NCBI GenBank assembly: GCA_965205425.1
Contig: CBDBGZ010000008.1
Coordinates: forward strand, 128,001 to 192,000
Length of the DNA: 64,000 nucleotides
Direction: 5' to 3'
DNA from: Nitrosopumilus sp.
GTDB taxonomy: Archaea; Thermoproteota; Nitrososphaeria; Nitrososphaerales; Nitrosopumilaceae
The notes below the pieces were generated by a model, which made no database searches, was not told the DNA's origin, and saw only the letters and a program-made list of their open reading frames with translations. The position numbers were made by a program, and so were the translations under genes. Shown here one piece after another: positions 63,680-64,000 of this stretch. Position 1 is the first letter of the stretch. Every line of letters begins with the position of its first letter.

Positions 63680-63753
63680 TGGACGGATCGGGATTTGAAC
63701 CCGAGACCGAACGTGTTTCAGACATTCGTTCTACCTTACTAAACTATCCGCCC
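63680..63753 (-). tRNA. tRNA with GAA (Phe) anticodon, Val-like body
   Basis: GGGCGGA/TCCGTCC-A acceptor, AATGT-CTGAAAC-ACGTT anticodon arm, TCGGG-TTCAAAT-CCCGA T arm; 74 nt. Confidence 0.85.
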
Positions 63754-63833
63754 ACAAATATTTTATGTATATCCATAATATAAACATTATTTTATGTATA
63801 TACATATTAATATGACATATGGGTAATAGAAAT

Positions 63834-64000
63834 ATGCCAAAATGGAAAAAAGACGAAACAGAGTTTGTAGTGTCTGTAATTCATTTAGAACATAGAAATA
63901 TCGTAAATATCCCAAAACCAATAATAAAATATTTCAAAGATCCATCAAGTTTGAAATTTATAATAAAAAATAGCAGTGTGATAATAGAACCTATGAAAAA
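63834..64000 (+). CDS. AbrB/MazE-like small DNA-binding protein, runs off window end
   Basis: MPKWKKDETEFVVSV...VNIPKPII...LKFII...VIIEP. Confidence 0.6.
   Translation, partial: MPKWKKDETEFVVSVIHLEHRNIVNIPKPIIKYFKDPSSLKFIIKNSSVIIEPMK

Overview
AT-rich archaeal chromosome segment; gene content points to a Nitrosopumilus-like thaumarchaeote (inference). Core blocks: metal regulator/PIN-ATPase, tRNA-Arg(GCG), aquaporin, Bcp, futalosine genes (UbiD-family, mqnC), the archaeal shikimate operon (aroA'-aroB'-aroD-aroE-aroK-aroA-aroC-CM/aminotransferase-tyrA), thiC/thiDN, galT, apgM, S24e/S27ae and Alba. A heavy IS load is superimposed: 4 ISH3, 2+1 IS630, 2 IS5, 1 IS1595 plus a fragment, and two MITE families, with many disrupted genes. 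A ~16.3-kb integrative element (14241-30590) is bounded by a perfect 22-bp direct repeat in the mqnC/aroA' divergent promoter. It carries an atypical tyrosine integrase, an AbiE toxin-antitoxin pair, a VirB4-like ATPase, a type IV pilus ATPase, two pilin-like genes, a two-operator divergent regulator pair and a hairpin followed by (TACTTGAAAC)23. Other unusual signals: a 36-bp duplication around a 37-bp insert with CRISPR geometry inside a response-regulator gene; a Val-like tRNA with a GAA anticodon facing an inverted partial copy of itself; a candidate structured RNA between aroA and aroC; and a cluster of unannotated zinc-finger microproteins. All calls come from reading the sequence by eye; no database searches were run.
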